In this document: one piece after another, positions 13,501 through 23,656 of the stretch
Numbering within the stretch: the first letter of the stretch is position 1
Layout: the number at the start of each line of letters is the position of its first letter
DNA from: Hormiphora californensis
Lineage: Eukaryota > Animalia > Ctenophora
Direction of reading: 5' to 3'
DNA length: 64,000 nucleotides
Assembly: GCA_020137815.1 (NCBI GenBank)
Contig: CM035359.1
Span: forward strand, 1,674,001-1,738,000
The notes under the pieces: model-generated
Database searches by the model: none
Told to the model about the DNA's origin: nothing
The model's input: the letters and a program-made list of their open reading frames with translations, nothing else
Made by a program: the position numbers and the translations under genes

Positions 13501-16500
13501 ACCAGAACTTTGTTATTGCATTCTCGTCTTCTAAGATCACTATGATGCAGTGGTGACTGTTGATTGAGCGATCCGTGACACGGTTCCGATGTCCAATCAG
13601 TAAGCCCGGAAGCGGTGTCTAATAACGTGAAGCGTGTCTGGTTGCCGATGCTGAATCCCGATTGGAAAATGAAAGGTGTATGGTGCGATGGTATCACATC
13701 GCATTATATTCTCTCATACTACATGTCAAGACTCACAATACAGTCGGACCCCGATTTAACGGCCCCCGATTTAGCGGCACCCCGATTTAACGGCAGGATA
13801 AATTTCCCCCAACAATTTTTTTGAAAATTTTTTTGAAAATTTTTTGAAAATTTTTTGAAAATTTTTTGAACATTTTTCAAAGGTGTTTCAACCACGTCCG
13901 AATCGTGTTTCGAATCGGTGCATCTTATTGCAGGTCTTACCCGTAATTAGACGGTTCGAAACGAACAGATATGTGATCCCCATGAGGCCAATCGAGTCGC
14001 AATTTTGACGCTTGTTAAACTGGCCCGATGGGGATCACGTATCGGTTCGTTTCTAACCGTCTAATTAGCGACAGGACGTGCGATAAGATGCACTGATTCG
14101 AAACACGATTCGGACGTGGTTGATATAGGTTTTTTTTTTAAAAAAAATTTCATTTTTTTTTTGGGAAAAATTTTACAAAAAGGGATTGCCCGGTTTTGAT
14201 GGGTTCCCCCCGGGGAATTTTTAAAAGAGAAAAAAGTTTTATTTTGGGAAATTCGAATTTTTTTTCCCACCCGCTTAAAAGTGCCCCTTTTTCGGCATGG
14301 TTCCCTTTATGGTTCTTTTCGAATGGGTCTAATTAGCAGCAAGACATCGATAAGATGCATTGATTCGTTAAAACGTTTTTCGGACTTTAAGTTGATATCC
14401 CATTTACACGTACCTTAAAAAAATTTTTATAATTTTTTTAAAAATTTTTAAAAATTTTTATTTTTTATCCGGGAAATTCATGTAATAAAAAACAATGGCC
14501 CAAAAGCATTACTTAGGGGTGTTTTAGAAAGGGATTTTTGGGGGAAAAAAAATGGGGGGGTTTTTATGGGCCCCAAATATGCTTTTCCCCCGTTTTAACG
14601 GACCCCCCGTTTTAAAAACGGACAAAAACCCTTTCCCCCGAAGGGGGGGGGCCTTTAAAATTTCGGGGGTTTCCCGGACGGTAAAAAGGATTATTATTTT
14701 ATTTTTTTTTGGGGGTAGGGTTTTATAGTTTCTATTTTCGGCCGGGTTTAAAATTATGCATTTGTTTGTAAAAAAAAACAAAAAATATTTTTATTTTAAA
14801 TTATACCCAGGGAATGGTCGAACCGATCTGCTCGGGGCTATACTACCATAATTGGGTGGCCCAATGGGTAGACCAATTCTTGGTCGATTCAAATCTTGGT
14901 AGCAGTAATCGGTGGTCAAATTTCAAAGGGGAATCCAGAAAATAATCAAAAACTTTTTAAAGAGCCCAAAAAATCCCCCACCCCTGGGGAGGGGGAAAAG
15001 GGTTTTTCCCCAAAAACTAAAAAAATCCCCTTTAAACCGAACCCCAGATACCCAAAACAAATGAGGGGTTATCCCCCTTTCGTTTACATGCCACCTCGGG
15101 TTGCCACCAATAAGGTGTTAAAATGAAGGATTCCTTTTTCCCTTTGTTCCGTTTAATGGTGGCGGAAAAATTCCAAAGAGCGAGTTTTCCCACCCCCACA
15201 AAAGTCAGGGGGGGAATTTTGAAAACCCTTTTGAGGAGGAGGAGGGATTGTAAAAGGGAGAATTACCTGATTTTTGGGTTATTTAATTGTAAAGCTTCTG
15301 CAGCGTACAGAAAAAGGGAAAATAAAAAAAAGGGGGGGGAGTTAGACGGGGGGGGGGGAGAAGTTTAGCCCGGGGTGGGGGGGGGGTTTAGACAGGGGGA
15401 AAAAGTTAAAACTTCTTCAAATCATCTTTAATTTAAAGCTTTGGGAAAAGTGGACACGTGGGGGGCCCGGGGAAACGGGAAAAACCAACGGGAGAATGGA
15501 GAGGGCGACTCAGAAAGCCCTTTCTTTACACAAATCTCTCTCTTTCCCCCCCCTTTCCCCTCCCTTCCCTTCTCGACTAATTTTCCCCGCAGCCCCTTCC
15601 CAACCTAATTTCTCCCCCTCCCTCCGCTTCCCCCCTTTCCCCCCCCCTCCCCCCCCCCCCCCCCCTTTTCCCCCCCCCCCCCCCCCCTTCCCTTTCCCCC
15701 CCTTCCCTCCCCCTTTTCCCCTTTTCTCCTACTCTCCCAAAAATGTATTTTCCCTTCTCTCTCCTCCTCTTTTCTCTTTCTTCTTCTTCCGGCCTTCCCT
15801 TCTCTTCTCTTCTCCTCCTCCCCCTCTCTCCCCTCTTTTTCTCCCCCCCCCTCCCCTTCCTCCTCCCTTCCTCCTTTCCCTCTCCTCCCCCTTTTTCCTC
15901 TTTTCTCCTTCCGGAGATCTCCTTCCCCTCTCTCTCTCCTCTCCTCTTCTCTCTTCTCTTCTCTCCCCTCTCTCTTCTCTCCCTCTCTCTCTCTCTTCCT
16001 CTCTCTTTGTGACGCACGCACACTGTTTACTCTAGTCCGCTTCAAAGGGCACTGAGTTGTTTATCCATTTCAATCTACCAGGAACCGACCCAATCAGGAA
16101 ATACTGGTCCCTGATTGGCTGATAACCGGTCACGTGACCTAAATAACGAGTTCTGCTTGGTTGTTTACATGTGTCGGACGGTTCATGCAATCTACACACA
16201 CACACACACGTCACACAGGTGTACATGTGCGTATGTAATGTGTATATTTGTGTATGTTTGTATGATGCATGTGCGCCTGTATGTTTGTGTACAGCGGCCT
16301 GTGAGTTTGTATACACAGTAGAACCCCGATTTACCGGAAACCTGATATACCGGGAGGATACTGGATAAACTTCCCCCAATAGAGGTAAATCGGGGTCCGA
16401 CTGTATATTTGTATGTTAGATGAAACCACATTTCGATTTTCAACCTGGTAATAAAACCAGGGGGTACTCATATTACATTGCGCATCAGGCACCGCGTTTA

Positions 16501-17447
16501 AAAAACACACTGTGAGAGAGGGAGATAATAGTTGTTCACACTGTGAGAGAGAGGGAGATAATATATGTTCACACTGTGCGAGAGGAAGATAATAGTTGTT
16601 CGCACGTGCGTTGGGTACATGTATCGTGTGCCAGACATACACTAATCACCTCTAACTAGATCAATTGTATGCGTGTGTGTGCGTGTGTGAACGTAGTATG
16701 TTAAGTGGTTATTGTGTGTATAATATTGTGTGTTCCGTTTCTTTAGAAGTGTGTTTATACAAAACTAGCACATATAATATTATATTTACTCCTTGAAAAG
16801 ACTTTTTATTGACGTGTTAGTATGTGGGACAATAGGGTCCCGCCCTAAGCAAGGTCCCTCTCAAGACACGTGAAAACAAAGAGACATATATAATGTTGAT
16901 ACACGCTCACAAAATAGGACATGGAAAGGGGGGAAAACAGAGACGGAGATGAAATAAAGAAATAAGAAGAATAAATGAATGAGAGAAATGAAAGAGAGAG
17001 ATATTGAAGAAAATATCAGTTGAGTACTTCAGCTTTACTTCAATATATGATACATATAATAGCCTACTCAAGACACGCTTACAACAATATATACACGCAG
17101 ATTCAGTTACTCTTATATGATTAGATGACTGGTTAAAATGGTCTATTACTTTTTAGTGCACGAGGCCGAAGGCCGAGTGTTCTAAATACAACAATAATGA
17201 ACCGAGACCGATAGGTCGAGGTAGATCCTTTTACTTAGCTGCCGAGCCTGCGAGGCACGCTAAGTGTAACTACTGAGCGAGCCTGCGAGCTCTGTAGTTG
17301 TACTTTTGGACCGAGCCTGCGAGGCCTAAAAGTGAAAGAATCTTTAACATTATTGTTGTGTAATAGAGCATGTAAAAGCAGTCATCTAATTTTATTAGAT
17401 GATTTTGGAAACAAACTGAGTGAACGAGATAAAGATTGAGTGAGAGA

Positions 17448-17530
<83 letters not shown>

Positions 17531-18858
17531 AGAATGTGTGTGTGAGAGAGAGATAGGGAAAGAGAGAATCGAAGGCAGAGAGGGAAAGCAGATGCAGGAC
17601 GCTCATTGGGGTGTTGCCATCACGTGACGATCACGTGACCTATAGTTGCAGAGGGGAAGAAAAGATAAGGGTTAGGGCGTGTGCACTGTGCAGTAGTTAG
17701 GGCGTGTGTACTGACGTAATTATGTTTACACTGTGTGTGTGACTAGAAAGTGTCTAATTTTTCACATACCACTGCAACGGTATTTTACTTTATAATTACT
17801 AGTGTTTTTGCAGTGGTCTAAGTTTTCACAGTACACTGTAACCACCGGAAACAGTGTACTGTGAAAACTTAGACAACCGGTCAAAATTGTCTAATATCTA
17901 TTATATCCCTGTCTCTACGTTTTCCTTTCCTTATTTATACAGTCTAGATTTAGACAATTACTTCCTCTACAACACGATTCCCTCTTTTTATTCTGTACAT
18001 TTCACTTATACAAAAACACTATAAAGAGAGTATGAAACACACTCAAATTTCAAAGCACGTAACCTCTCACGGGACAGTAGTATTACACATTATAATCCTA
18101 CCTTGATGTCTCGATGTGCTGTGGAGCGGGAGTGAAGATACTGCAATCCCTTCAGAGTTTCCCGGGTAACAAATGCAATCTGGTCTTCCTGTAGTGGGCC
18201 ATTCACCCGATACAAATCTTGGACACTACCTAAATTGAGGGAAGTGTACCGAACAAGAGAAATTATGACTTCTTATCTACTAATTAGCCAGAAGATTTAA
18301 TCTACTATTAAAAATTTAATACACAATGTAATCTGTAAGACTTACCCCCACTACACATCTCCATTGTAATCCAAAGTCGATCCTTCACCAGGTAACTACC
18401 AATGTATGTAACAATGTTGGGATGACGACATTCTTGCAGAATAATAACCTGGGCGATTACAAGTTGGTAATAAAAGTTTTAGTGTAAACGACAGGCCTTC
18501 CCTTATTATAGTGGGTCCCCCTAATTAAATTAAACACATATCACCTCTCAGCCACTCCCAAACAGCAAATTGAGGGGAAATATGGTTGTAGATTAATCAG
18601 AGATAAATCAATATTATTGATTTTATTTCTAAGTATATATCTCAAGATTACCTCTTGTTGAATGGCGACCCAATCTTCTCCACTGTCGATCTTCACAATT
18701 TTAACTGCCGTCTCTTGCCCCGTTTCAATGTATTTTGCTTGGTAAACCTCACCATAAGTCCCGCTCCCAATCTTTTTCAGCAGCTCTATGTCTTGTTGGG
18801 GGTTCCGGCGGGAGTAGTTGAGTTTAGTGTCAATTACATTGGGCATTCGTTGCGCCAT
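1..18858 (-). CDS. MAP4K3: GCK-I subfamily STE20 kinase (MAP4K1/2/3/5, happyhour-like); multi-exon, runs off the left edge
   Basis: Phase-compatible GT-AG exons: 18858-18652, 18448-18346, 18229-18102, about 15230-15035 (corrupted), 11523-11400, 6260-6179, 6073-6005, 5794-5650, 5380-5219, 4920-4680, 4324-4173, 3783-3629, 32-1. Motifs: [68 protein letters not shown] start [15 protein letters not shown]. The symbol marks the subfamily; the exact paralog cannot be resolved. Confidence 0.9.
1290..3130. other. Low-quality homopolymer-inflated sequence
   Basis: Runs of A/T/G/C dominate; ghost copies of neighbouring sequence (e.g. the hAT MITE near 2700-2770) are visible. Confidence 0.9.
3629..3783 (-). 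CDS. MAP4K3: MAP4K CNH-domain exon
   Basis: cccag|[51 protein letters not shown]|gttagt. Confidence 0.88.
4173..4324 (-). CDS. MAP4K3: MAP4K exon, PPPLPPR motif and start of CNH domain
   Basis: cctag|[20 protein letters not shown]...[18 protein letters not shown]|gtagg. Confidence 0.85.
4345..4640. repeat. (GA)n microsatellite, intronic
   Basis: Direct read; similar tracts at 49-300, 4950-5025, 17440-17525, 30565-30625, 31150-31600. Confidence 0.95.
4680..4920 (-). CDS. MAP4K3: MAP4K linker exon with one apparent 1-nt frameshift
   Basis: DNNDDDDEL...[17 protein letters not shown], then a frame change to [33 protein letters not shown]; 241 nt is one more than the phase-compatible 240. Confidence 0.7.
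5219..5380 (-). CDS. MAP4K3: MAP4K Pro-rich linker exon
   Basis: ttcag|[14 protein letters not shown]...NIYDDPW...PPPPAPRQ|gtaagt. Confidence 0.8.
5526..5641. mobile_element. hAT-type MITE (CAGGAACCGACC terminal inverted repeats), 8-bp TSD
   Basis: caggaaccgaccgaa...ttcggtcggttcctg flanked by taacttac on both sides (5518-5525, 5642-5649). Confidence 0.9.
5650..5794 (-). CDS. MAP4K3: MAP4K linker exon
   Basis: cccag|[25 protein letters not shown]...RPDSI|gtaagt; phase compatible. Confidence 0.8.
6005..6073 (-). CDS. MAP4K3: MAP4K exon (end of kinase domain)
   Basis: tgcag|[23 protein letters not shown]|gtaaac. Confidence 0.85.
6179..6260 (-). CDS. MAP4K3: MAP4K kinase exon (subdomain XI)
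   Basis: actag|[27 protein letters not shown]|gtaagt. Confidence 0.9.
6405..7160 (+). CDS. LINE ORF1 (coiled coil plus RRM-like domain)
   Basis: 251 aa; heptad region [15 protein letters not shown]...LEERL, then [12 protein letters not shown]...DISIAHR...PRTVTVVF, typical of CR1/L2-group ORF1; lies directly upstream of an APE-RT ORF. Confidence 0.8.
   Translation: MPGLVRGTDPELLKKILDAENDEIASKLAKSYSDKPPATHVAQIAMMFRVVMEKITSQLTDLKEENNSLKAEKSTLEEKTKSLESKCVDLEERLIRSEAYAGRATSIFTGIVEKPGENITQVVADEVKRVIPGFSAADISIAHRNKAAPTSNNGNKKPRTVTVVFKSVAHKDSVSDFTKMKPLRDRKLGVFHYAPASVRERKKELEDRTDVERVYYDGPNKLFSVKLKTGVFVRRVLTAEQIDKQTVNNNS
7389..10947 (+). CDS. LINE ORF2 (APE endonuclease plus reverse transcriptase), CR1/L2 group; frameshift near 10440
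   Basis: [35 protein letters not shown]; [35 protein letters not shown]; C-terminus (EHCSPIW...LEKLQKR) continues in 10486-10947 after a 7-nt insertion. True start codon uncertain. Confidence 0.9.
11400..11523 (-). CDS. MAP4K3: MAP4K kinase exon (subdomains IX-X)
   Basis: catcag|[42 protein letters not shown]|gtgagt. Confidence 0.9.
11785..13425 (-). CDS. Mutator (MULE) transposase with FLYWCH zinc finger, intact 546 aa
   Basis: FLY...YWQC...C...H.H; [30 protein letters not shown] motifs; no stops. Confidence 0.93.
   Translation of the reverse strand: MTTNSTSSLFTTLLFEDTPVSSPPIPSLSDYICPSHLFRDDSFVIPAASTLDSTFSTANPIANSTVIDARPDNPPPPPPTELEFLEGKRNGTQVAHDGFLYTYDRTLKSGNVYWQCRDRLKYNCKARITTTGREPHSQFIRLNTPHQFHHQSYNEVKRSQLVHQIKNTKSLDSPANIVGAALESVPWSVKNLLTNEVNLKQQIRRKRQKVHKAARLSGNAPDMVIPNELKVDGNGLPFLQEDIITSEGKRVLIFCTDTVLSAVNDPTLATAFADGTFKSSPANFTQKWIVRIAVHGVNIPVLYALLENKTEISYTAVLQFLHRRCPQFDPDTFIVDFEAAEHNAIQAVYPDSRIQGCHFHYCQALKDRINKLPGIKEDDHLSQLMGCFYALPFLPLGDVEDGYHILENNLLNYYPTITSESQRFLDYYERTWIRGQSHTHPANWNVVLSTLEGTPRTNNPSEGSNNALNQAVGGAKPTLATLIIKLRQFNARKEMRVLQLQQHGILNSDEKPRKRQRMRNAMLLAAVNAYNRNDMFSFLKRVGVQY
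13741..14640. mobile_element. pogo/Tc1-type MITE (CAGTCGGACCCCGATTTA) nested in the MULE, with internal palindrome
   Basis: TA-cagtcggaccccgattta left end; inverted 13888-13975 versus 14045-14122; right end corrupted. Confidence 0.7.
14130..16010. other. Low-quality homopolymer-inflated sequence
   Basis: Same signature as 1290-3130; hides a kinase exon and a MULE terminal repeat. Confidence 0.9.
15035..15230 (-). CDS. MAP4K3: MAP4K DFG/APE exon(s), corrupted by sequencing errors
   Basis: Reverse strand reads aaactcgct-ctttgga (KLA-FG), tccttcatt (SFI), acaccttattgg-tggca-cccgaggtggca (TPYW-APEVA), atctgg (IW), with many indels; boundaries approximate. Confidence 0.65.
16079..16187. mobile_element. 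hAT-type MITE, same family as 5526-5641, reverse orientation
   Basis: caggaaccg...cggttcatg flanked by 8-bp TSD caatctac. Confidence 0.88.
16316..16403. mobile_element. Short pogo-type MITE
   Basis: cagtagaaccccgattta...taaatcggggtccgactg-TA. Confidence 0.8.
17140..17905. mobile_element. Probable non-autonomous element with cgaggccgaaggccgag and gagcctgcgaggc motifs and internal (GA)n
   Basis: Repeated gagcctgcgagg motifs at 17160-17330; hairpin gtctaagttttcacagtacactgt...acagtgtactgtgaaaacttagac at 17816-17874; class and ends uncertain. Confidence 0.4.
18102..18229 (-). CDS. MAP4K3: MAP4K exon 3 (catalytic loop)
   Basis: ttag|[43 protein letters not shown]|gtagg. Confidence 0.92.
18346..18448 (-). 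CDS. MAP4K3: MAP4K exon 2
   Basis: cccag|[34 protein letters not shown]|gtaag. Confidence 0.92.
18652..18858 (-). CDS. MAP4K3: MAP4K coding exon 1 (kinase subdomains I-III)
   Basis: MAQRMPNV...[13 protein letters not shown]...AVKIVK...IQQE then GTAATC donor; 207 nt. Confidence 0.92.
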
Positions 18859-19769
18859 GGCTGGTGTCTTGAGGTTAACTTTTCAATGTGTAAATTATAT
18901 GTTTTTCATCGTCAAGTCATCTATAAGGGAAGAAATGATTACATTTTATGGAACATTATTCAAAGTTTTAAATCGCGATCTGACACTGTTCAGTATCCAG
19001 TGTCCACTATCACACCATTAAAGCGTGAACACTTTTAATTACCATTCCGCATTATTCGGCAATTTGGAGTCCCGATGCTATATGATTCAATGTTTGTATT
19101 ACTTTTGGGTGCAATTCTTTCTGTCAAAGTGTTAATCTGTGGATTAGGAAACCACTCAGAGGCGGTGTACAGCTTCCAGCCGCGACAAAGTTGTGGCCTG
19201 TGGGTTCAGGTTCGGGGGTGGAGGCTCCAACAAAGGGATCAACAAAGCCCGCCCCCCCCCCCCCTCGAGCACGGCCAAGGGTCTGTAGGTAAGGTTTAGC
19301 CACTATAATATTTTAAGTCAAATAAAGGTTTAGCAGGCAGAGGGGCGAAGGCTGAGGTCTAGTTTCCACAAAGCACATTTAAGTCTTCAACTCAAAACAG
19401 AAAATTTAAAAATCTTCTTCCGCTAAATCTCAGGAACCGACACGGTGTCTCAGATATCAAAACTAACTTCCAGGGTCCTCAGAACTTATGTATATGCTAT
19501 GCAGTGGTGGAAACCGGATAAGGTAGCGCTTTTCAGCTCAGAACAGAGAACTTAAGAGCACGTCTGCAACCGACAAAAAGCTGAAATTCAAAATTTTGCT
19601 AACTTTGAAATTTTGCGAAGAACTTTTTACAAACTTTGCTTTTAATGCGCGCGCTATTTCGCAGTGGAAATTTCACTTTTTACGCCGCTTAAATATTCAG
19701 AAATTTGCCGCGCTGCTGAATTGGTTGAACGTTGTACTTTGTACTAAACTTATGATATCAACATATAAT

Positions 19770-20709
19770 GGTGTCAGTCCAATCGAACATCCCCGCACAA
19801 GCAGTCCACGGGCCACTCCAGAATTGAATTATGTTTGACGGCTGTATCCAGAGACTGGTGGTCTATCCGGAAAACGTTTCATCCACTCCCCTAGAAGAAC
19901 TTTGAAACTCTCTAGCCTTTTTGCCGAATTCACCGTTTTCGGCAGGGTGTTCCATAGCCTTGTTGCCCGGCCAGCAAATGAGTTGTATTTTTTGTTGCTA
20001 TCGACGTTTGCGTACTCGTGGTTGAGGTAGGAACCTCCGCCCTGATTCCGAGACGGTCGGAAGAGTAGAATCGGATCCCTATGTTGTTAGGGGCTTCATC
20101 ATTAGCCATTTTCCACATGAGAATTATGGAATAGCGTTCACGACGACGCTGTAGTGATTGAAGATGCAGCTTTTCCAACCGCTCCCAGTAGTTTAGCTCC
20201 TTTAATCCCTGAACTTTTCTGGTGAATTTTCTTTGTACATTTTCAAGAGCTTGGATGTCTGAGATTTTTGGAGAGTCCCATAGTGCACAGCAGTACTCGA
20301 GTTTGCTCCGTATGAGTGTTTTGTATAGGATGAGCATTGTTTTTCTGTCACGAGTTTTAAATGCACGCAATGCCCAAGCACTCATTTTTCTTGCTTCCTC
20401 CGACATTTTCCCCACCTGTTTTTCCCAGGAAAGATCATCGGAAATCATTACCCCGAGGTCACGAACACAATTTTTAGGGCTTATCTCCAGTCCGTCTGGT
20501 GTATGGTAGTGTTTGAGGTCCGTGATGAAAGGTAGTTGTTGTAGGAGGGTAGTTTGGTTCAGACAGTAATGTAAAACCTCGAACTTTTCCTCATTTAAAG
20601 CCATGTTGTTGATTTTTGACCAGTTTCCCACCTCTAGGAGATCTCTTTGCAACTCTAGGTGAGATTTTTCTGACTCAATCCCTTTTATCAGCTTTGTGTC
20701 GTCAGCTAA
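19770..20709 (-). mobile_element. 5'-truncated CR1-group LINE fragment (RT C-terminus)
   Basis: Starts at ADDTKL; RDLGV, LYKTLIRSKLEYCCALW, LQSLQRRRERY, then frameshifted FKVLLGEWMKRFPDRPPVSGY. Confidence 0.88.
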
Positions 20710-20782
20710 TGTTTTTGCCCCTGTAATAACTCGCTATTACAGTACTGTAATAGAGATGTCCTGTAATATAAGTGATCAGCTA

Positions 20783-21890
20783 CCGCGTGGCCCAAAAAAA
20801 ACTAAGGGTACGTTGGCCTTCTTTTCTCCCAGAAATTTAATTTCAATCACTCTGATATTTTGTCACAATATTTGTATGGTTACTCATTCGAGGACTCCGG
20901 AGTTTCAGCCCTCTGGATTAAAATTCATTTTTTTCGCCCGAATGAACATCTAATGAACGCCAAAACGTGACCATATTTTGGTGCCAAAGTTTTGCAAATT
21001 TGTTTGGCTATCAATTTTCTTTCGAACGCGACCAGTTTGAGCTTAATTGGATCACCACAAGAATCACAGTGACCAGTTTACCAAGCCTAGGTTGGGTCAT
21101 GTGATCCCCATCAAATTATGACGTGTTAGCAAGATAACTTACATTCTAACGGACGCTGTATCGGCATACCATCCTAATTAGCAGATGTGATACGTGATAC
21201 GCGACCGTTACACCTGCTTATTGGCAATTTTTAATGACGCTAGCGGTTCAATAGGTGTCACTTGACCAGAGCTAGTGTCGGAAAAGTGGCCACTGTGTCT
21301 CTTGTGGTGGTCCAATTGAGCTAAAATTAGTCGCGTTTGAAAGGAAATCGTTACCCAAAGGCGACTGAAAAATTCCGGTTTGGAATAGTTTTCTTGTTTT
21401 CAAGTTCATTTAGGATTCATTCCAGTCGTAAAAATGAATTTTTAGATAGAGAGCCGAAATTCTAGCTAACATCAATATCGATCAAGTGTAATGGCCGTAC
21501 GAATTTTTAGCGCCTGAATTTACCAATTTCTTGTCAAAACGGGTTAAAATCGATGTTTGGTAAAAATGACCGTTTTTTAATCATTTATTTCACCATCTAA
21601 ACTTGATTCATTTTTAATAAAAACTCGGATTGCCATTTATTATTGTTTACTCTAATGCATGGTTGCTATTTTTAAGAATAAAATCGAATTTAACCAGGAG
21701 AAAACGTGGAAAAACCCGAAAAACGAAAAAATGGGTTCATTCATGAACTTCACACTTTTATGTTTTGAAACTTCGGATTCCTCGAATGAGTAACCATACA
21801 AATATTGTGACAAAATATCAGAGTGATTGAAATTAAAATTCTGGGAGAAAAGAAGGCCAACGTACCCTTAGTTTTTTTTGGGCCGCGCGG
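20783..21890. mobile_element. Tc1/mariner-type MITE, about 130-bp terminal repeats, TA TSD
   Basis: TA-ccgcgtggcccaaaaaaaactaaggg...cccttagttttttttgggccgcgcgg-TA; the opposite foldback arm (27465-27495) shows the empty site with a single TA. Confidence 0.88.
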
Positions 21891-22446
21891 TATTACAGCA
21901 GTACCCTCGTATCAGTTCACATTGTTCCGCCGCTATTCCGCTAATGAGGTTTACCGAATCGTGAACAGTACCCCGTATCGGTTGATATTGTAAACAGTTC
22001 CGCCGCTAATGAGCTATACCGATTACCGAATCGTGAACCGATACGGATCAGTGTACTACGTATCGGTTCACACACGAAACTAATCCCCTCTCTGTCTCTT
22101 TCAGCTATCGCTCTATCCCTATGATCACTGTCCCTATCTCTTTGTGCCTCTGTCTCTCTCTGTCCCTCTTTCTCACGTTGCACGACCTTAACGTGCTTAA
22201 GTCATGACACGTGATTCGTTAAGATCATGTGCTTAACATTACAGGGGGGGGTATCATGGTGACTTATCTGAGCATTTGGGGTATGTCAGCGTCTCATTTG
22301 TCACCAAATCCCCCACCCCCCCCCCCCCCCCCCCCCGTTATAATAAGCACATGATCTTAACGAATCACATGTCATGATTTAAGCATTGTAGGCTTGTGCA
22401 ACGTGAGAAAGGAGAGATACAGAGATAGAGAGAGACAGAGATACAG

Positions 22447-23656
22447 CCAAAAACCCGTTACTGCAGCAAGCTTAAAGAAATCTTCCAGGAAACAGCAGAT
22501 TAAGGCCCCGACCGATCAACAGAAGGTTGGAGAATCCTCAGAACACACCAATGGGAACAGACAGGAAGATGTAGCCAAACAACCCGCTCAGCCTGAATCC
22601 TCTAAAGATATCATAATCAAGCTAATGGAAGAAAGACTTCTCTCACTGGAAAGAAAGATGGACTCGATGTCAGCGGCAATGGTCGCCAGCGACAACGGAA
22701 CAGAACTGCTCCTAAGAGAATCAGAAACGAAGATCAAGAACCTCCAGAAATCAGTGGAAGATCAGCAAAAACTCTTACAGAATCAGCAACTGTTGATCAA
22801 TCAACTTCAAACCACCACGAACAACCTGAACCAAGCCCTTGAGAAATGCACCAAGGACCTCCAAGAACTCCGACCTACCCCTAGCAACCACCAACCATCC
22901 TACAACCCACGGAGGAGGCAGGGCTCTACTAGACCAGATCAAAGCACAACCAGCTCTGGCAACACCACTCCAAAAACCATCAGTCCCCACATGAGGCAGC
23001 CCAACGCACAACCACCCACTCAGAGAGGAACCACAACTGCAAGTGGAGACCTCGCTCCAAGTAAACCAAAATGCTTCATAGCCCACGGCGCGGAAATGGA
23101 TAGGACGCTGTTCTCAAAATCCTTCGACATCGAAACACACAAGATAGCATCACTAGAGGAGGCCAAGACTGAACCCTCAAATCCCAGTGAACTCCAAAAA
23201 GCTATCAGGAAGCATCGCCCCGGTGCCATCGTCCTTCACGTAGGCAAGGAGGACATCCTTAAAAAACTTAAAGACAAGCAACCTATTTCAGCTGAGATAG
23301 AAATACTAAAGTCTGTGGTAAAAGGGATACTACAAAACACCCCCTCTAAGATCTGCGTATCTCTACCGATACCGGCTCCCAAACTACCATCTCTCGATGC
23401 CAGCATCAAAAACTGGAACCTACAAATATCCAGATTCATCACAGAACTCAGGAAAAACCCAGCCTTCACTAACCGGGTATTCACAATAAACAACGCCAGA
23501 ATCGGTGAACACACTACAACCCAAGTTGCAACAGACAGTGGGATAGAAAGTATACCAACCGAACATGGTGGGAAAAAACTCTGGCTAAATCTCAGAGAAG
23601 GGCTAAACAGAATGACCAATCCTAACCACAAAAGAAGACCTCACAATGAAGAGTAA
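22447..23656 (+). CDS. LINE ORF1: coiled coil plus degenerate SGNH-esterase-like domain
   Basis: Q/L heptads, Pro/Thr linker, then AIVLHVGKEDI...ICVSLPIP...NWNLQI...GGKKLWLNLREGL; overlaps the ORF2 start; possibly 5'-truncated. Confidence 0.72.

Larger units (their letters stand above)
11560..14895 (-). mobile_element. Autonomous-type MULE in a MAP4K intron
   Basis: 11565-11680 (tcgaccataa...ccacccaattaa...tcgaccattcc) is mirrored by degraded 14811-14890 (ggaatggtcga...taattgggtgg...ttggtcga); TSD unreadable because of low quality. Confidence 0.6.

Noticed and set aside
14810-14915. Reverse strand vaguely resembling ITAT...IG.P...APE kinase motifs
   Set aside because: Better explained as the degraded MULE terminal repeat; a clearer APE exon lies at about 15035-15230
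14524-16045. Pro/Phe- and Glu/Arg/Gly-rich ORFs
   Set aside because: Same low-quality artefact plus a CT microsatellite
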